Translations under genes and position numbers: made by a program
Shown: piece by piece, positions 39,651 through 52,043 of the stretch
Layout: each line of letters begins with the position of its first letter
How positions within the stretch are numbered: position 1 is the first letter of the stretch
The notes under the pieces: generated by a model
Seen by the model: the letters and a program-made list of their open reading frames with translations, nothing else
Databases searched by the model: none
Told to the model about the DNA's origin: nothing
NCBI GenBank assembly: GCA_002104905.1
Contig: MCFE01000047.1
Location: 124,001-188,000 of the forward strand
Direction of reading: 5' to 3'
DNA from: Basidiobolus meristosporus CBS 931.73
Lineage: Eukaryota; Fungi; Basidiobolomycota
Length of the DNA stretch: 64,000 nt

Positions 39651-40884
39651 GTTTGGATACCTCTCGCCATACCTTAACTACCCACTGCGAACGGTGATTT
39701 CCAGTGAGTTCATTTATTTGCCCAATACTGTTGGTTCTGCTATTCATCAAGCTTGCTTTGGCTAGTGTCTGCGAAGATTAGCAAAGAGGACTCCTTCCCC
39801 CCACAGAACCCAATCACGCCCGTTCGTATCGCTCTACTAGTCCTGATTCTTGCCTTTTTCTCGGGGTACACCTTTTTTCTTGTCTTGAAGCGAAGTGACT
39901 CGTATTACACCCCGCTGATTCAACGGCTTGTTTACGAGCCTGAATATTTATCACCGCCCGGTATGAAAGATTTTATTTGTGCTTACATAATGGAATAGTG
40001 ATCGATTGGTAATCCCGAGGGAGCATTGTTTGGATATTGGCATTTACTGAATTTTGGTAATTGCTAGATGTACGCATTTGTACGGAGGCCCAAGGCAGCC
40101 TGGACCTAAGTGTTAGTTACGGGCCAGGAGATCTAGGCGTGGGATTTTCGGCGGCCGAGACGATCGAGACCGAGCTAGCTAACGAAACTCAGCCATGGCA
40201 TCAATGCTACCTCCTTCGACCCAAGGTTTCGCTACGCCTGGCCAGAGACAATACTGGGAAATCACTGATCCGAATCACCTTGAAACCTCAGTCTCCATCA
40301 AATGAACCAGAAATAAATCAGTTTTACCTCGGAATAGGAACTGATCGAGTGATACCCACGCCCTTGTCCATGCTTCAGTCTTGGTTGCTGAGCTACTCCC
40401 AATCATTGCACACTACCCTTGGTAATATCACCACGAATCATTTCTCCTACACGTTGCTACCCGCTGCTACCTCGCAACTCTGTACCTTGGACATTGCACC
40501 CCAAACATTCACTCTGGTTCATACAATTGAGAGGCCCTCGTTTCTGAACGTGGAGTTTCTTGGTCATGTATTCAGCGGGTTGCTTTTCAGCCTCACCTTA
40601 TACGTGGTTCTGTTCGGCTTGGGAAGGTATAGAAGCTGGGGAGTGGTGCAGACCGTTCTAAACAGGAACCCGGTGTCAAATTTGGTGAATTCCGACCCAT
40701 TGACATTTAGCGAGAATGGTGCAGGTAAGTAGTGGGCCTTCTTCTGATATACGGTTGCTGATACTTGTCCTTTCCTTTCACAGAGCTATCTCTAGAGCAT
40801 CGACTGGATGAAGTGGAGAGACTCATGTGTCTCTATCTCTCTAAAGCTGATAAGGTTGTGAAACCAAATCGAGGTGGATATTGA
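39651..40884 (+). CDS. Hypothetical two-transmembrane protein with large loop; 5' end uncertain
   Basis: In-phase exons. TM1 RIALLVLILAFFSGYTFFLVL, a ~200-aa loop, TM2 FLGHVFSGLLFSLTLYVVLFG, and a C-terminal helix LSLEHRLDEVERLMCLYL*. Confidence 0.55.
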
Positions 40885-41152
40885 TCTACCATTATGATTG
40901 AATTAAACTACGATCCATTAGTCTTTTACTGGTCTTGGGTATGGTAAAGGCACTATGGTGACAATTTTGTATTCTCACCAGCTTTGGTTATGACAGGGAT
41001 ATGGTTTAGTTGGCTTTTCATTTTCTATATCGAGTTACTCTAACGTGAACTACTAGGTGATGTTGTTTAGGTTAGGAGAAAACAAACACTGTATTAATAT
41101 TTAACCAAGATGAACAATTTGAAAAAAGATTGGGAACATTTCTTCCGCAACT

Positions 41153-43793
41153 CTATATAAAGTCTCCAAAGAGTTCCGGGATTTTGAGCTCACCCTTGTT
41201 GACTTTCTCGATGGTTCGCATCAGATCATAGTTGATCTCCTGTGACACATGAGAGTCATGCTTGTAGCTTGGGTGAGTTCGAACGAATTGACGGATCCAA
41301 GTAGCAGTGGTCATCAAAGTGCCTAAATTCAGGGTCAATATTTGAACATATTATCTACTACTTTAGAGCGTTGATCTAGTTTTACCATCAGCACGGCATT
41401 TGATGAAATCGAGATAGCGTCCAAGAGTGCGGCGGGTTTCAATATCAACGTTGAGTGAATTAAGATATGAGTTGACGATAGGAATCAGTCCAGGGAAACC
41501 ATCATCCTAAAAAAGCATCATTAGAAACAGAACTCGTAGAGCTCAAGTCTTAATCCGCTTTACCTTGCCGTTGATAATTTCATTGATAGTCATGAGCTCA
41601 TATTCATTTTCGACGTTGGTGCTGGCTTCATTCTGGCTATCATCTTGGAAAACATGCTTTCTGAAGTAGAACTTATGCTCACGAGCAGCGCCTCTCTTAT
41701 GAGCAGTCTTCATGTTTTCATCCACCTGAGATAGCGCAAGATTAGAACCGTTGGCTATTATCTCCATCGTTGGAAATATACCTTCGAGATGGGGATGTAG
41801 AAGTTCAGACCAAAGCTTAGAATAGCGCGAGTAAGCAAGACAATGAAAATAGCAAATGCGGCATTTTCAAAGTCAGTGAGCTGAATTTCCATTGACCGGA
41901 ATTCAACTCTCCATCCAATGGGTGAGTTTGGTGGAGGAGGCTTGAAACGCATAGTTTGCCAATTAGTGGATTGAAGATTCTGCGGATGAGGAGCATCGAT
42001 AAGTTAATGACATCACCAAGGAACGCTGTTATGCAGCAGTGAATACCTCGAAGTGATCAGAGGAGACTTCATCATCTTGATCCAGGAGCTCTTCGAAGAT
42101 CACCAAAGGATCGCGAATAAACAGATGGGCCACATGTCTTGCCAATTGCTCATCGACCCCTGCATAACAACGCGATAAAGAATACCTTGATCAGATTGGC
42201 TTTAGATCTCGAAATCAAACCAACACACTTACCATTATCCATGAGCTCCTGGCAAATCTGTTCGTCAAGTACTAATGGGATATCGTTATATTCGGGCTTG
42301 TACATGCTGTCAGTCGAAAGATAGCTATCAATGGAGTCGTAGCGTGACTTTGGAATGGCAAATTTGCTGTTTTTCAGTGGCTGCCAACCAGAAAATCTCT
42401 TAGTACATCGTGCTAGTAAGCTTTGATCCCGATTTAGTTACCTCTAGACCTCTCTCTTCACGAGTACGATCATCGACACTCTGAGCAATGACATTCCAAC
42501 GGCAGTCAACATCGGCAAGATACCCACGATACACCGGGGCTGCGGCAGTCAGAGCAAGCTAGTTGAGAAGTTAGAAAGTTGAATGGTTAGCAATTACTAA
42601 ACTCTACAAACCATAATGGGGCCCACAGTTGCAAGGTGATCGTAAAGTCTTCTAGCTTCGTCAATATTGCAAGCTTGGAAAGTGATTTGGAGGCAACAAC
42701 AACCCATGCCAAAGCACATTGCATCCATATAAATATGGTCCGGAAGTGCAGCACCTTCTCCGGCCTCCTTATCTTCAGGGAAGACATCTCTGTCATGAGG
42801 GATGGTTGGATCGATGAAAGGTTTTGGAGTGTTGGTATCATGGAAAATTGGCATATTGATGGCAACTTTAGCTTGACGCCGCTTTCTGATATTGGCAGTA
42901 AGAGTGCTAAGGTATTTCCGTTGAAGTTAGGGGTGTATGTCAGGGAAAACAAGAAGTGTAATCGAGACTCTTACGGGAATCTAGCATGTGGATTGATAAT
43001 CTCGTCAGGAACAAACATACTTCTAGCAGCGACTCCCTTAGGCTCATAGTATGGAGTCAGAAACTCACCCGGGCACCCAAGACGAGGGAAGCTGGTGACA
43101 GTAAGAGGATACTCGTTCTCTTTCATGTACTGCATGACTGTATTTCTCCTGTAAAGTTGAAGTGATGTGAATAAATAAACGATCTAGTACTCCTCCCTCC
43201 GTATCATTGCCTAAAAACCCACCGGAGTACCATGTTCTTCTCCACCAACAACAGGTCATCCAAAGTACCTCCGTATGGAGCACCAGGAGTACCTATAAGT
43301 CACAGTTAGTTAATCCATATCACCCGAATTTTCTCAAAAGATATACCTTCAAGCATATATCGACCATATTCTGGTCTCCAGGAGGTTTCTACGACAATAC
43401 TTCACAATGCTTCGGATTAATACAAAGGACGAGGGGATTCCTTGGTACCGAAAATATTACTCTGGGTTGGTTGCTGCCTCAATTTCGCTTTTCTGAAGTT
43501 CATTTATCAAGTCAAAAGCGCGAAGAGAAAGCCGAGCATTCTTGTTTTCGTGGTCGTAATCAACCACCATATACTCAATCTTAACAGATAAAGGCAAGCT
43601 AAGCAAATGCTGTAGACACACAACCACCAACAATAAAACAAACCTCGTCTCCCCACAGTAGGTGGTCCTTCTTTCTGTCCTTTAGCTTGTGATAGATAGA
43701 AAGGAATTGCTTGATTCCATGACTACGGACGTGATCAGCATATTTCTTTGCTTCGTCCCATTGCATAGGTGTACCGAGTGAAAGAAGACCCAT
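41153..43793 (-). CDS. GSH1: Glutamate-cysteine ligase catalytic subunit
   Basis: [93 protein letters not shown]. About 10 canonical introns. Confidence 0.96.
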
Positions 43794-44841
43794 CTTATCA
43801 AATTCTGGATTGTGGTTCGAGGTTAACGGGAATATTAGATAGCACTTTCTCCTGGAGTAGAACTTACACTGAAGGCTGCACTTCAAGGATGCTTGCTCAG
43901 TGGAAAGCGGAACAAGGAATAACTTTCCAAGAATCACTACTTGATTACAAATATCGAGTAGCTAGGAACTAAATCGAACAATTCGGTCTTGATTTGTTAT
44001 CAAATTTTGAGATCTCCCAGTCTATGGATGCTAAATTTGATTTACATTAATAAGCAAGCCTCTCGAGACTGTCAAACCTTGAAATTCATATCCTAGCGAG
44101 GAGGGCGCATACTCAAGAACGGGAATGTTTCATAAAGAGGAGTGATTAGGATACGAAATCCAGTGTTATTTCGAAGACCTCTTTGACCTTCTCGTCAAGG
44201 GCGCAAATAGCGCAATAGTCTAGTTTCTTATCGGAACTTGAAGTACAATATTAGTGAGGATCAATGGTCTGATTATCTATTCTAAGATTAAACCTGTGGC
44301 CAATAGCGAGGTCAGTGGGCGATTCCTAATTAGTGAAACTGCAAAACGGGGATTTTGCATTTCTATAAAGTCACAGCGGTAAGAATTTGTAAGAAAACGA
44401 ATAGATTGCGACATCTCCAATGCTGCTTTCAATCCCATCTACATATATACGCGCCAAGTACCAACTTTAGCGAGCGCACTTATCTAACCTCTTGGGAGAT
44501 GCAGAGTGGCATTCGGTCCATATCACAATTCAGTGTCGTTTAGGTGCGGCGCTCAAATTTGGGAGAACCTTCGAGAGTGGCTGTTCTACAATTGAGGGCT
44601 ATAACACTCATTATGACAGGTTTGGTGGTTAAATATCTAGAGATGGTGGAAAGACCGAGTTGAAGCTATTCGGCAAAAGACGCTGATTTCGGCACACTGT
44701 CGAGACAAAGATCATCATCCCCAGTCTGATAAGATTTGGGGAACATGATAAGATAAGAAAGATTAGAAAATAAGCTACTATATATTCCGTTAACCAGCAA
44801 ATTGCTCTGTAAAAAAGTTCTCGTCTTACTATTTTCCCACA

Positions 44842-46694
44842 ATGGATAGCCGAACTGTTGGTGTGTTGGGTGGAGGTCAACTAGGACGCATGCTCATTGA
44901 AGCAGCTAGTCGTCTCAATATCAATGTTGGTATTCTTGATTCCCCCGACGACGCTCCTGCCAAACAGATTGCTGCCAACGAGTTCCACGTCAAAGGTGAC
45001 TTCAAGGATCCCGCCAAAATCTCCGAGTTGGCCTCGAAGGTTGATGTTCTTACGGTTGAAATAGAGCACGTCAATACCGATATCCTGGAGGCGCTCGAGA
45101 AAGAGAAGAACATCATAATCCAGCCTTCCCCTGCTACCATCCGACTTATTCAAGACAAATATGTTCAGAAAGTTCACCTAAGCAAGTTCGGTATTCCCTT
45201 GCCTGGCTTCAAGGAAATCAACTCAGCAGAAGACCTGAAGGGCGTTGCTCAAGAGTGGGGGTATCCTGTTATGCTCAAATCTAAAACTCTCGCTTATGAT
45301 GGTCGTGGTAATGCAGTGGTTCGTTCCGAAGCTGATGTGGACGTAGCCATTGAGAAGCTTGGAGGAATAAGCAAGGGCTTGTATGTCGAACGCTGGGCCT
45401 CTTTTGTCAAAGAGCTCGCAGTTATGGTAACCAGATCCATCGATGGAACCGTAAGCTCATATCCTGTTGTGGAAACTATCCAACGTGACAACATATGCCA
45501 CCTTGTCATCGCTCCTGCCCAGATCAATGGAGCTGCGGCTCAAATGGCCAAGAAGGTTGCTGAAGATGCTATCAAGACTCTTGAAGGAGCTGGCATATTT
45601 GGTGTTGAGATGTTCTTAATGGAGGATGGTTAGTTGTAGGAGTTTTCTTATTTCCGACTAATTGGCTAATTGGTTGTTCTCTAGGAAGCATCTTGCTAAA
45701 CGAGATTGCCCCCAGACCCCACAATTCTGGACATTACACTATTGAGGCGTGTCACACTTCGCAATTTGAAAATCACTTACGTGCCATTCTCGGACTACCC
45801 CTAGGATCTACCGAGCTGAAGGTTCCAGTCGCTGCGATGGTAAACATTCTTGGAGGAAGTACTCTTGAGGAAACCCTCCAACCTTGCGCTGTTTCTCTCT
45901 CTACACCAGGTGCCACAGTGCACCTTTATGGCAAAAAAGAAAGTAGAAAAGGAAGAAAGATGGGCCATATCACTGTTGTTGCTGATAGCTCTCAACAGCT
46001 GAATGAGCGTCTCCAGCCCATTCTTGACACCATTCCTGCTGCCGAGGATGGATCCAAGAGTGAGCTTACCACCACTCCTATGGTTGGTGTAATCATGGGG
46101 TCTGATTCCGATCTTCCGTCCATGAAGGCCTGTGCTACCATCCTCCGTGATTTCAATGTTCCCTTCGAGCTGACGATTGTTAGCGCTCATCGTACCCCAG
46201 ACCGTATGATTGAATACGCCAAAACTGCTCACGAAAGAGGCATTAAGGTTATCATCGCGGCTGCTGGCGGTGCTGCTCATTTGCCAGGTTAGACACAAGT
46301 GAGCCACATTATCTAGGACCGAAACTGATCTAGTTCATTACCAATTAGGCATGGTAGCTGCTGTAACCCCACTTCCTGTAATTGGCGTCCCAATCCTGGG
46401 CAAAGTATTGGATGGGGTCGACTCCCTTTACTCCATCGTCCAAATGCCAGTAAGTTTCCGCTGGTCAATCTCAACCACTCATCAATGAAAAGCTAATCAT
46501 TCCTTTAGAGAGGAGTTCCTGTCGCGACTGTTGCTATCGGCAACTCGACTAATGCTGCCCTGTTGGCCATTCGCATGTTGGGTGCCTTTATTCCCAACTA
46601 CCTTGAGAAGATGATGAATTACCAAAGAACTATGGAGTCTGAGGTCATGACCAAGGTGGGTCGCCTCGATGAAATTGGTTGGGAGAATTATTAA
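44842..46694 (+). CDS. ADE2: Phosphoribosylaminoimidazole carboxylase (PurK-PurE fusion)
   Basis: [73 protein letters not shown]. Confidence 0.97.
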
Positions 46695-47346
46695 GCTGTA
46701 GAGCGGGCATATCACATTGATGTTGAATTTAAGGCATTCTTGAATATATAGAATAGAACATTAATCCCATTTTTCGTAAATAAACGTCAAAGTATTTATT
46801 GAACCATGTTTGCTGCCACCTACACCCCGATTCCAATGATCTTGGAGGTGGATCTAAGCCACCGGAGATGGAATATTCGATTATTTTCATGACTAATGAT
46901 TCGAAATAGTTCCAGGCTAGCACTTCTGGCACCAAGCAGATGACGAAGTATGAACCTGAATAGTGAACATATGCAAGCGCCACATAAAGATGCCTAGGGC
47001 TTCGAGCGTTGACCTTAGTCATATTACACCAACTCATAATGTACATTTATGGATGGTCAGATTCTAGATATGGTCGTTTGGTTGAGAAACTCTCGCCAGC
47101 TGACTCCAGAAGTTCCAAAACAAGTGATTCAATGTAACGTAGGTTATTACCATTTTATGGCGATGACCCAACAATGGTACTCGGATTGCCGATGCATGCG
47201 AACAAAGTCGGCCCAATGAGTCATTCGAGGTCAGTTAGCGTGAGGATATATGGTCAGGTATATATTGAGCTTTATAGCAGCACAGCTTCATATTATCGTT
47301 GAGCTTTCTGGCAACACTTCACCTCACTTCAGATTATCATCACACT

Positions 47347-48154
47347 ATGAAAGCCTTATCATATCACGCTCGAGTAGGAACTATTCCTAATGAATTTATC
47401 GGAGTTCATGATGATTACCGTGTCAAGAATCACTTCTTGTTCCAATCTCCAACCGAGGCTGGTCGAGCGCTTTCTCAAAGACTGAAAGAATATCAGAAGT
47501 GCCCCAACACAGGTACACCTCCGGGAAAGGCACTATACCATGGATTCCAGCTAACTTCTTGATAGTGGTTGTCACCGTTTCTTCACACCAGTATGCCGTC
47601 GAAAGCGAAATAAGTCAGCATTTGGCCTCTCTTCTAAGCTTACCACAGGAGACTATTTTGGCTAGAAAAGTCGTTCTCCCGCTAAACAAACTGCCTATAG
47701 CTACGGTGGTGTCGGGTGATAAGGTTGTATATGAAAAGGAGGTCATAAAGGGTATGAACCTGCCTGAGGAGCAACTCAAGCAGCTAATTGAGGAGGAGGT
47801 ATGTTTTTGTTTGATAAAGGAACATGACTTGTATTGACATTGTTCATCCAGAAATCCGTGATGAATATGGACCTCGAAAGATACCATCTTTCACCCGGCC
47901 AATTTCCCGAGGTATCGGGCAAGACTCTGATCCTGGTTGCAGACGGATTGTGCTATGGCTTCACTATGCGCTCCGTGATTAAGGCTATCAAAGAGGCCGG
48001 TAAACCACATCGTATAATCATCGCTACTCCTGTCGCCGGCGCTGATACTGTGAGGCAGATGAACAAATACGTCAACGATGTTGTTGCCTTGGAAATCCCA
48101 AAAAATATAGGATCTATCGCCCACTGGTATCGCCAAAATGTCAATGTAGTTTAG
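47347..48154 (+). CDS. Bacterial-type predicted phosphoribosyltransferase (COG1926-like), degenerate; 3' end uncertain
   Basis: FQSPTEAGRALSQRL, LARKVVLP, GKTLILVADGLCYGFTMRSVIKAI, IIIATPVA, DVVALEIPKNIGSIAHWY. Two in-phase introns. Confidence 0.65.
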
Positions 48155-48677
48155 GTCGATCCCGATGCATCTACCCTGTTTCCTAATCTCCCCGATTATC
48201 TCATGTAATCACTGTACAAATGACTATCAACAATGAATACCTTATGAATTTACTGGAATAGGGTGTTCCCGTATGTGAAAATAGAGGGAGCGGCCTAATT
48301 TGTATCGTGAGAAGAATCAACCCCTGTGCTCTTGCCATTCAAATGCAACTCCACTGTGTAGAAATCCGTGCAATTGGAATGAGGGTAAACATTTGTAATC
48401 CCGAACTCTGGAAGAACACAGGTGTTTGCGAACCGCAAGAAATTTCCTGTGAACAACACCAATTATGGTGGGCTGCCAGGTAAATTGTATCCCATCATTA
48501 CCAAGTGAATCCGGAAACTCCGTGGGATTGGGCCAAGTCCGAAGACCTGACTGAAATGATTAGATGAGCCCGGTGCTCTAAATGTCCATCGATGACGACA
48601 TCTATAAATCGGGACTAAAGGCATATAGGTTTGGATGAGAAATCTTTTTTTAACCACTCTCCTTTCTCTTGAGTATA

Positions 48678-50370
48678 ATGGGTGTACCAAAAATCTCTGT
48701 CCATACCAACAGCCAAGAAGTGGCCTCGTCCAGCCATGACGGTTTGATCCTGTTGTTTACCGATGTCAAGAAGCTCTCACCAGAGGTCTTGACCTTCGAG
48801 TTTGCCGCCTCCGTCGCTTCCTATGCCCAAGCTGACAAGAGTGTTACTTCCCAAATCTCTTTCTTGGTCGACTCTAAGGCTCCCGGTGGCAGAGTGATCT
48901 TGGCCCCTACCGGCTCTTTGTTCGGTGATACCGATGATGCCCGTAAAATCGGAGGTACTTAAGGATTCGCAATAGTAAAATATGGATACAGGCTAACTAA
49001 TGAGTTTTTGTTGTGCCAATATAGAAATTGCCTCCAAAGCTGTTCAACGTGCTCGCCAAGCTGGTTTGACCAACCCTCTTCTTCACTTCGTCGATCCACC
49101 CAGAGACCATCCTGATTATAAGCGCTACTTGGAAGTTGCTCTTTTGGGAGCGCTCGAGGCTTGTTACGAGTATCTCGAATTCAGAGAGCACAAGGAAAAG
49201 ATTGGCCAGAGCTCACCTGAAGACGTTCAAGAGTTCGGTGTTTTGGTAAACGATGCCGACAGCGAAAATGTTGAATCGATTGTCAAGAAGGTCCTCGCTA
49301 TTGAGGAAGGAAGAAGACTTTGCAGAGACACTGGCGGTCCTGATCCTGAGCGTATGAGCCCCATGAATTTCGCCAAATATGTCGTGGAATCCCTCTCTGG
49401 CGCCAAGAATACTACTGTTACCGTCATTGATGATGTAGATACCCTGCACAAGGAATACCCCCTTCTCCACGCTGTGGCTAGATGCTCTTTGGATGTTGAA
49501 AGACACAGACCCTGCGTTGTTCGTATTGAGTACAAGTCTCCCGAGCCTTCTAAGGTCAAGGAAAACCTTTACTTCGTCGGTAAGGGTGTCACTTACGATA
49601 CTGGAGGTGCCGATTTGAAGGTAAATGGTGCTATGAGAGGCATGTCCCGTGATAAATTGGGAGCAGCTGCCGTTGCTGGATTCATGAAGACTGTTGCTGA
49701 ACAACAACCTACCAATGTAAATATCATTGCTGATTTGGGTCTGGTACGTAACAGTATCGGCCCCGATGCCTACCTTAGTGACGAGGTGCTCTACTCCAGA
49801 GCTGGAGTCAGAATCCTAGTCGGTAATACTGATGCTGAAGGTCGTATGGTAATGACCGATCTCTTGTGCCACATGCGTGAGCGTGTCTTGGAAGCTCGTG
49901 AGAATGGGGACAACACACCTGCCAGATTGTTCACTGTAGCCACATTGACTGGTCACGCTATTAGAGCTTGTGGTCCTTATACCTGCTCTCTTGATAACGG
50001 GCCAGCTCGTAAAGACAAAATCTCTCAACGTCTTTTCAACGCTGGCGCTGAATGGGCTGATCCTTGTGAAATCTCCACCCTGCGTAGAGAAGATATGGCC
50101 GCTGTTGCTCCAGGCAGCACCCGCGAAGATGTAGTTCAAGCCAACGACAAGCCAAGCACTATGACCAATCGTGGACATCAGTTCCCTGCCGCCTTCATGG
50201 TTGTTGCATCTGGACTTGATAAGCACGGTTTGGATGCCGAGCCCAACAAGCAGATTGCTTACACTCATCTTGATATTGCCGGATCCGCTGAAGGAGATTC
50301 ACACGGCCTCAGCCTTCCCGAGGTCACCGGCAGACCAATTCCTTCCTTTGTTGGAGCATTCTTGGAGTAA
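48678..50370 (+). CDS. M17 leucyl aminopeptidase family protein (W07G4.4-like type)
   Basis: RDTGGPDPERM, VGKGVTYDTGGADLK, MSRDKLGAA, GNTDAEGRM, VATLTGH, HLDIAG. One intron. Confidence 0.9.
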
Positions 50371-50658
50371 TCCAATACGAGCACTTCAATGGAAAGAAGT
50401 GATCATACGAGAAACCATTAGAAAATGTAGAGAAATCGATTTTTCGGTATATTGCTCAACATTAAAATCTCCCTTTTGTCACCCAAGCTTAGTGGTACGT
50501 AAGGCTGCTGAAAATCACACTCCTGTCAACAAGGAACTAGTTGACCGATAGTAGTATTTGGTACAAAAATCCCGAGGGTTTTCGATGTCTAGCTTTTTAT
50601 TATTAGAGGCAAGGGGAGGGGGCTTTAAGTAAGGGAAACACTGTCGGAGGTTGGCCAT

Positions 50659-51626
50659 CTATAATTGACAATCCAACAAGATGTTATCAATGAGTCGAGT
50701 TCCACCGACCCTAATGGCTCCAGACAATATGGCTCCATCCTTGTCGACGGTGTCAAGTTCTTGAAGTTCGTAGGGGTGCGCGATGCTAATGTAATCGAGA
50801 GTAGCACGTGGTTCAGAGCGTACAACGTCTTCGGCAATTTGAATCAGCTTCTTGCAATCCTTGATGCCTGATGCATAAGCATCAGCAGCTGCAGTGAGTG
50901 CCTTGTACAAGATAATGGCATAGCTACGCTCCTCTGTCGAGAGATATCTGTTACGGCTGCTCAAGGCCATACCGTCTTCTTCACGCTTAATAGGAGCGGC
51001 GACCATCTCGATAGGAAGACACAGGTCAGTGATCATGGTGCGTACAACCACACACTGTTGGGCATCCTTCTGTCCGAAGAATGCCATATCAGGTTGAATG
51101 ATATTGAAGAGCTTCAATACAACGGTGGCAACACCACGGAAGAAGTGAGGTCTTATGCTTCCTTCCATTTGAGAGGATTTCCCTAGCACTTCCACAAAAG
51201 TACCCTTCTGTTCGTTGATATTCAAGGAGATTCCGCTGGGGTACATTTCTTTCACAGATGGGACGAGCAGAGCATCGCAACACCCACTTTCACTCAGCAA
51301 CTTCACGTCAGCCTCCAGAGTTCTGGGATATTGGTCAAGGTCTTCGGTGGGGGCAAATTGCGCAGGGTTGACGAAGATGCTCATGGCGACGACATCAGTC
51401 TTGGACTTGGCGAGTTCGACAAGGCTGAGATGGCCAGCATGCAGAGCGCCCATGGTAGGCACAAAGCCCACCTTTTTTCCCTCGCGATTCATCTGCTGTC
51501 TCCATGCTCTGTAATCGGCGAAGTTGTAAAACACCAATGGCTTACTTGCTAAAGTCAAGGAGTTAGACGTCTACAAAAGGCAACGATATACCATGGTCTG
51601 CTTAAAGTACCTGTAGTGTTGGTCAT
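50659..51626 (-). CDS. PAN6: Pantoate-beta-alanine ligase
   Basis: GFVPTMGALHAGH, SIFVNPAQF, RPHFFRGVATVV, FGQKDAQQ, MALSSRN, TRLIDN. Short first exon MTNTT. Confidence 0.96.
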
Positions 51627-52043
51627 GGCGCTCACTGTATGCTACTAAGGAACTACTACCAAAGACAAATTGTGGAATATTTTTTCACCAAAAATCCGAA
51701 GGTTTAAGTATCGGTCTAACTCGATTAGATACAACTGCCTACCCGGGTTTATTGTCCCCGAGAAGGCTGTCGAATTGGATGATCGAGGGAGGCAAGTATT
51801 GACAAGTAATTCAATGGTATTCTATGCTCGGCTAAAATGGGCCAATCTGCAGAGTAGATTAGTTACAATTAGAAGGTTGGTTTCTACGAAGAACTTTGAA
51901 TGTATCGCAAATAGGCTGTTTAATTGTATATCACGTGATGATGTATTAATGAACAAATTGCTGCTTAACTCTGTATTATACGAAAGACAAAATGGTTGAA
52001 GGGAAATGGAAAGCCAAGATGTAATGGTAAATGGTACACTTAT

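Noticed and set aside
46729-47046. 105-aa minus-strand ORF between ADE2 and the PRTase
   Set aside because: No motif, no splice support, and composition compatible with a chance ORF.
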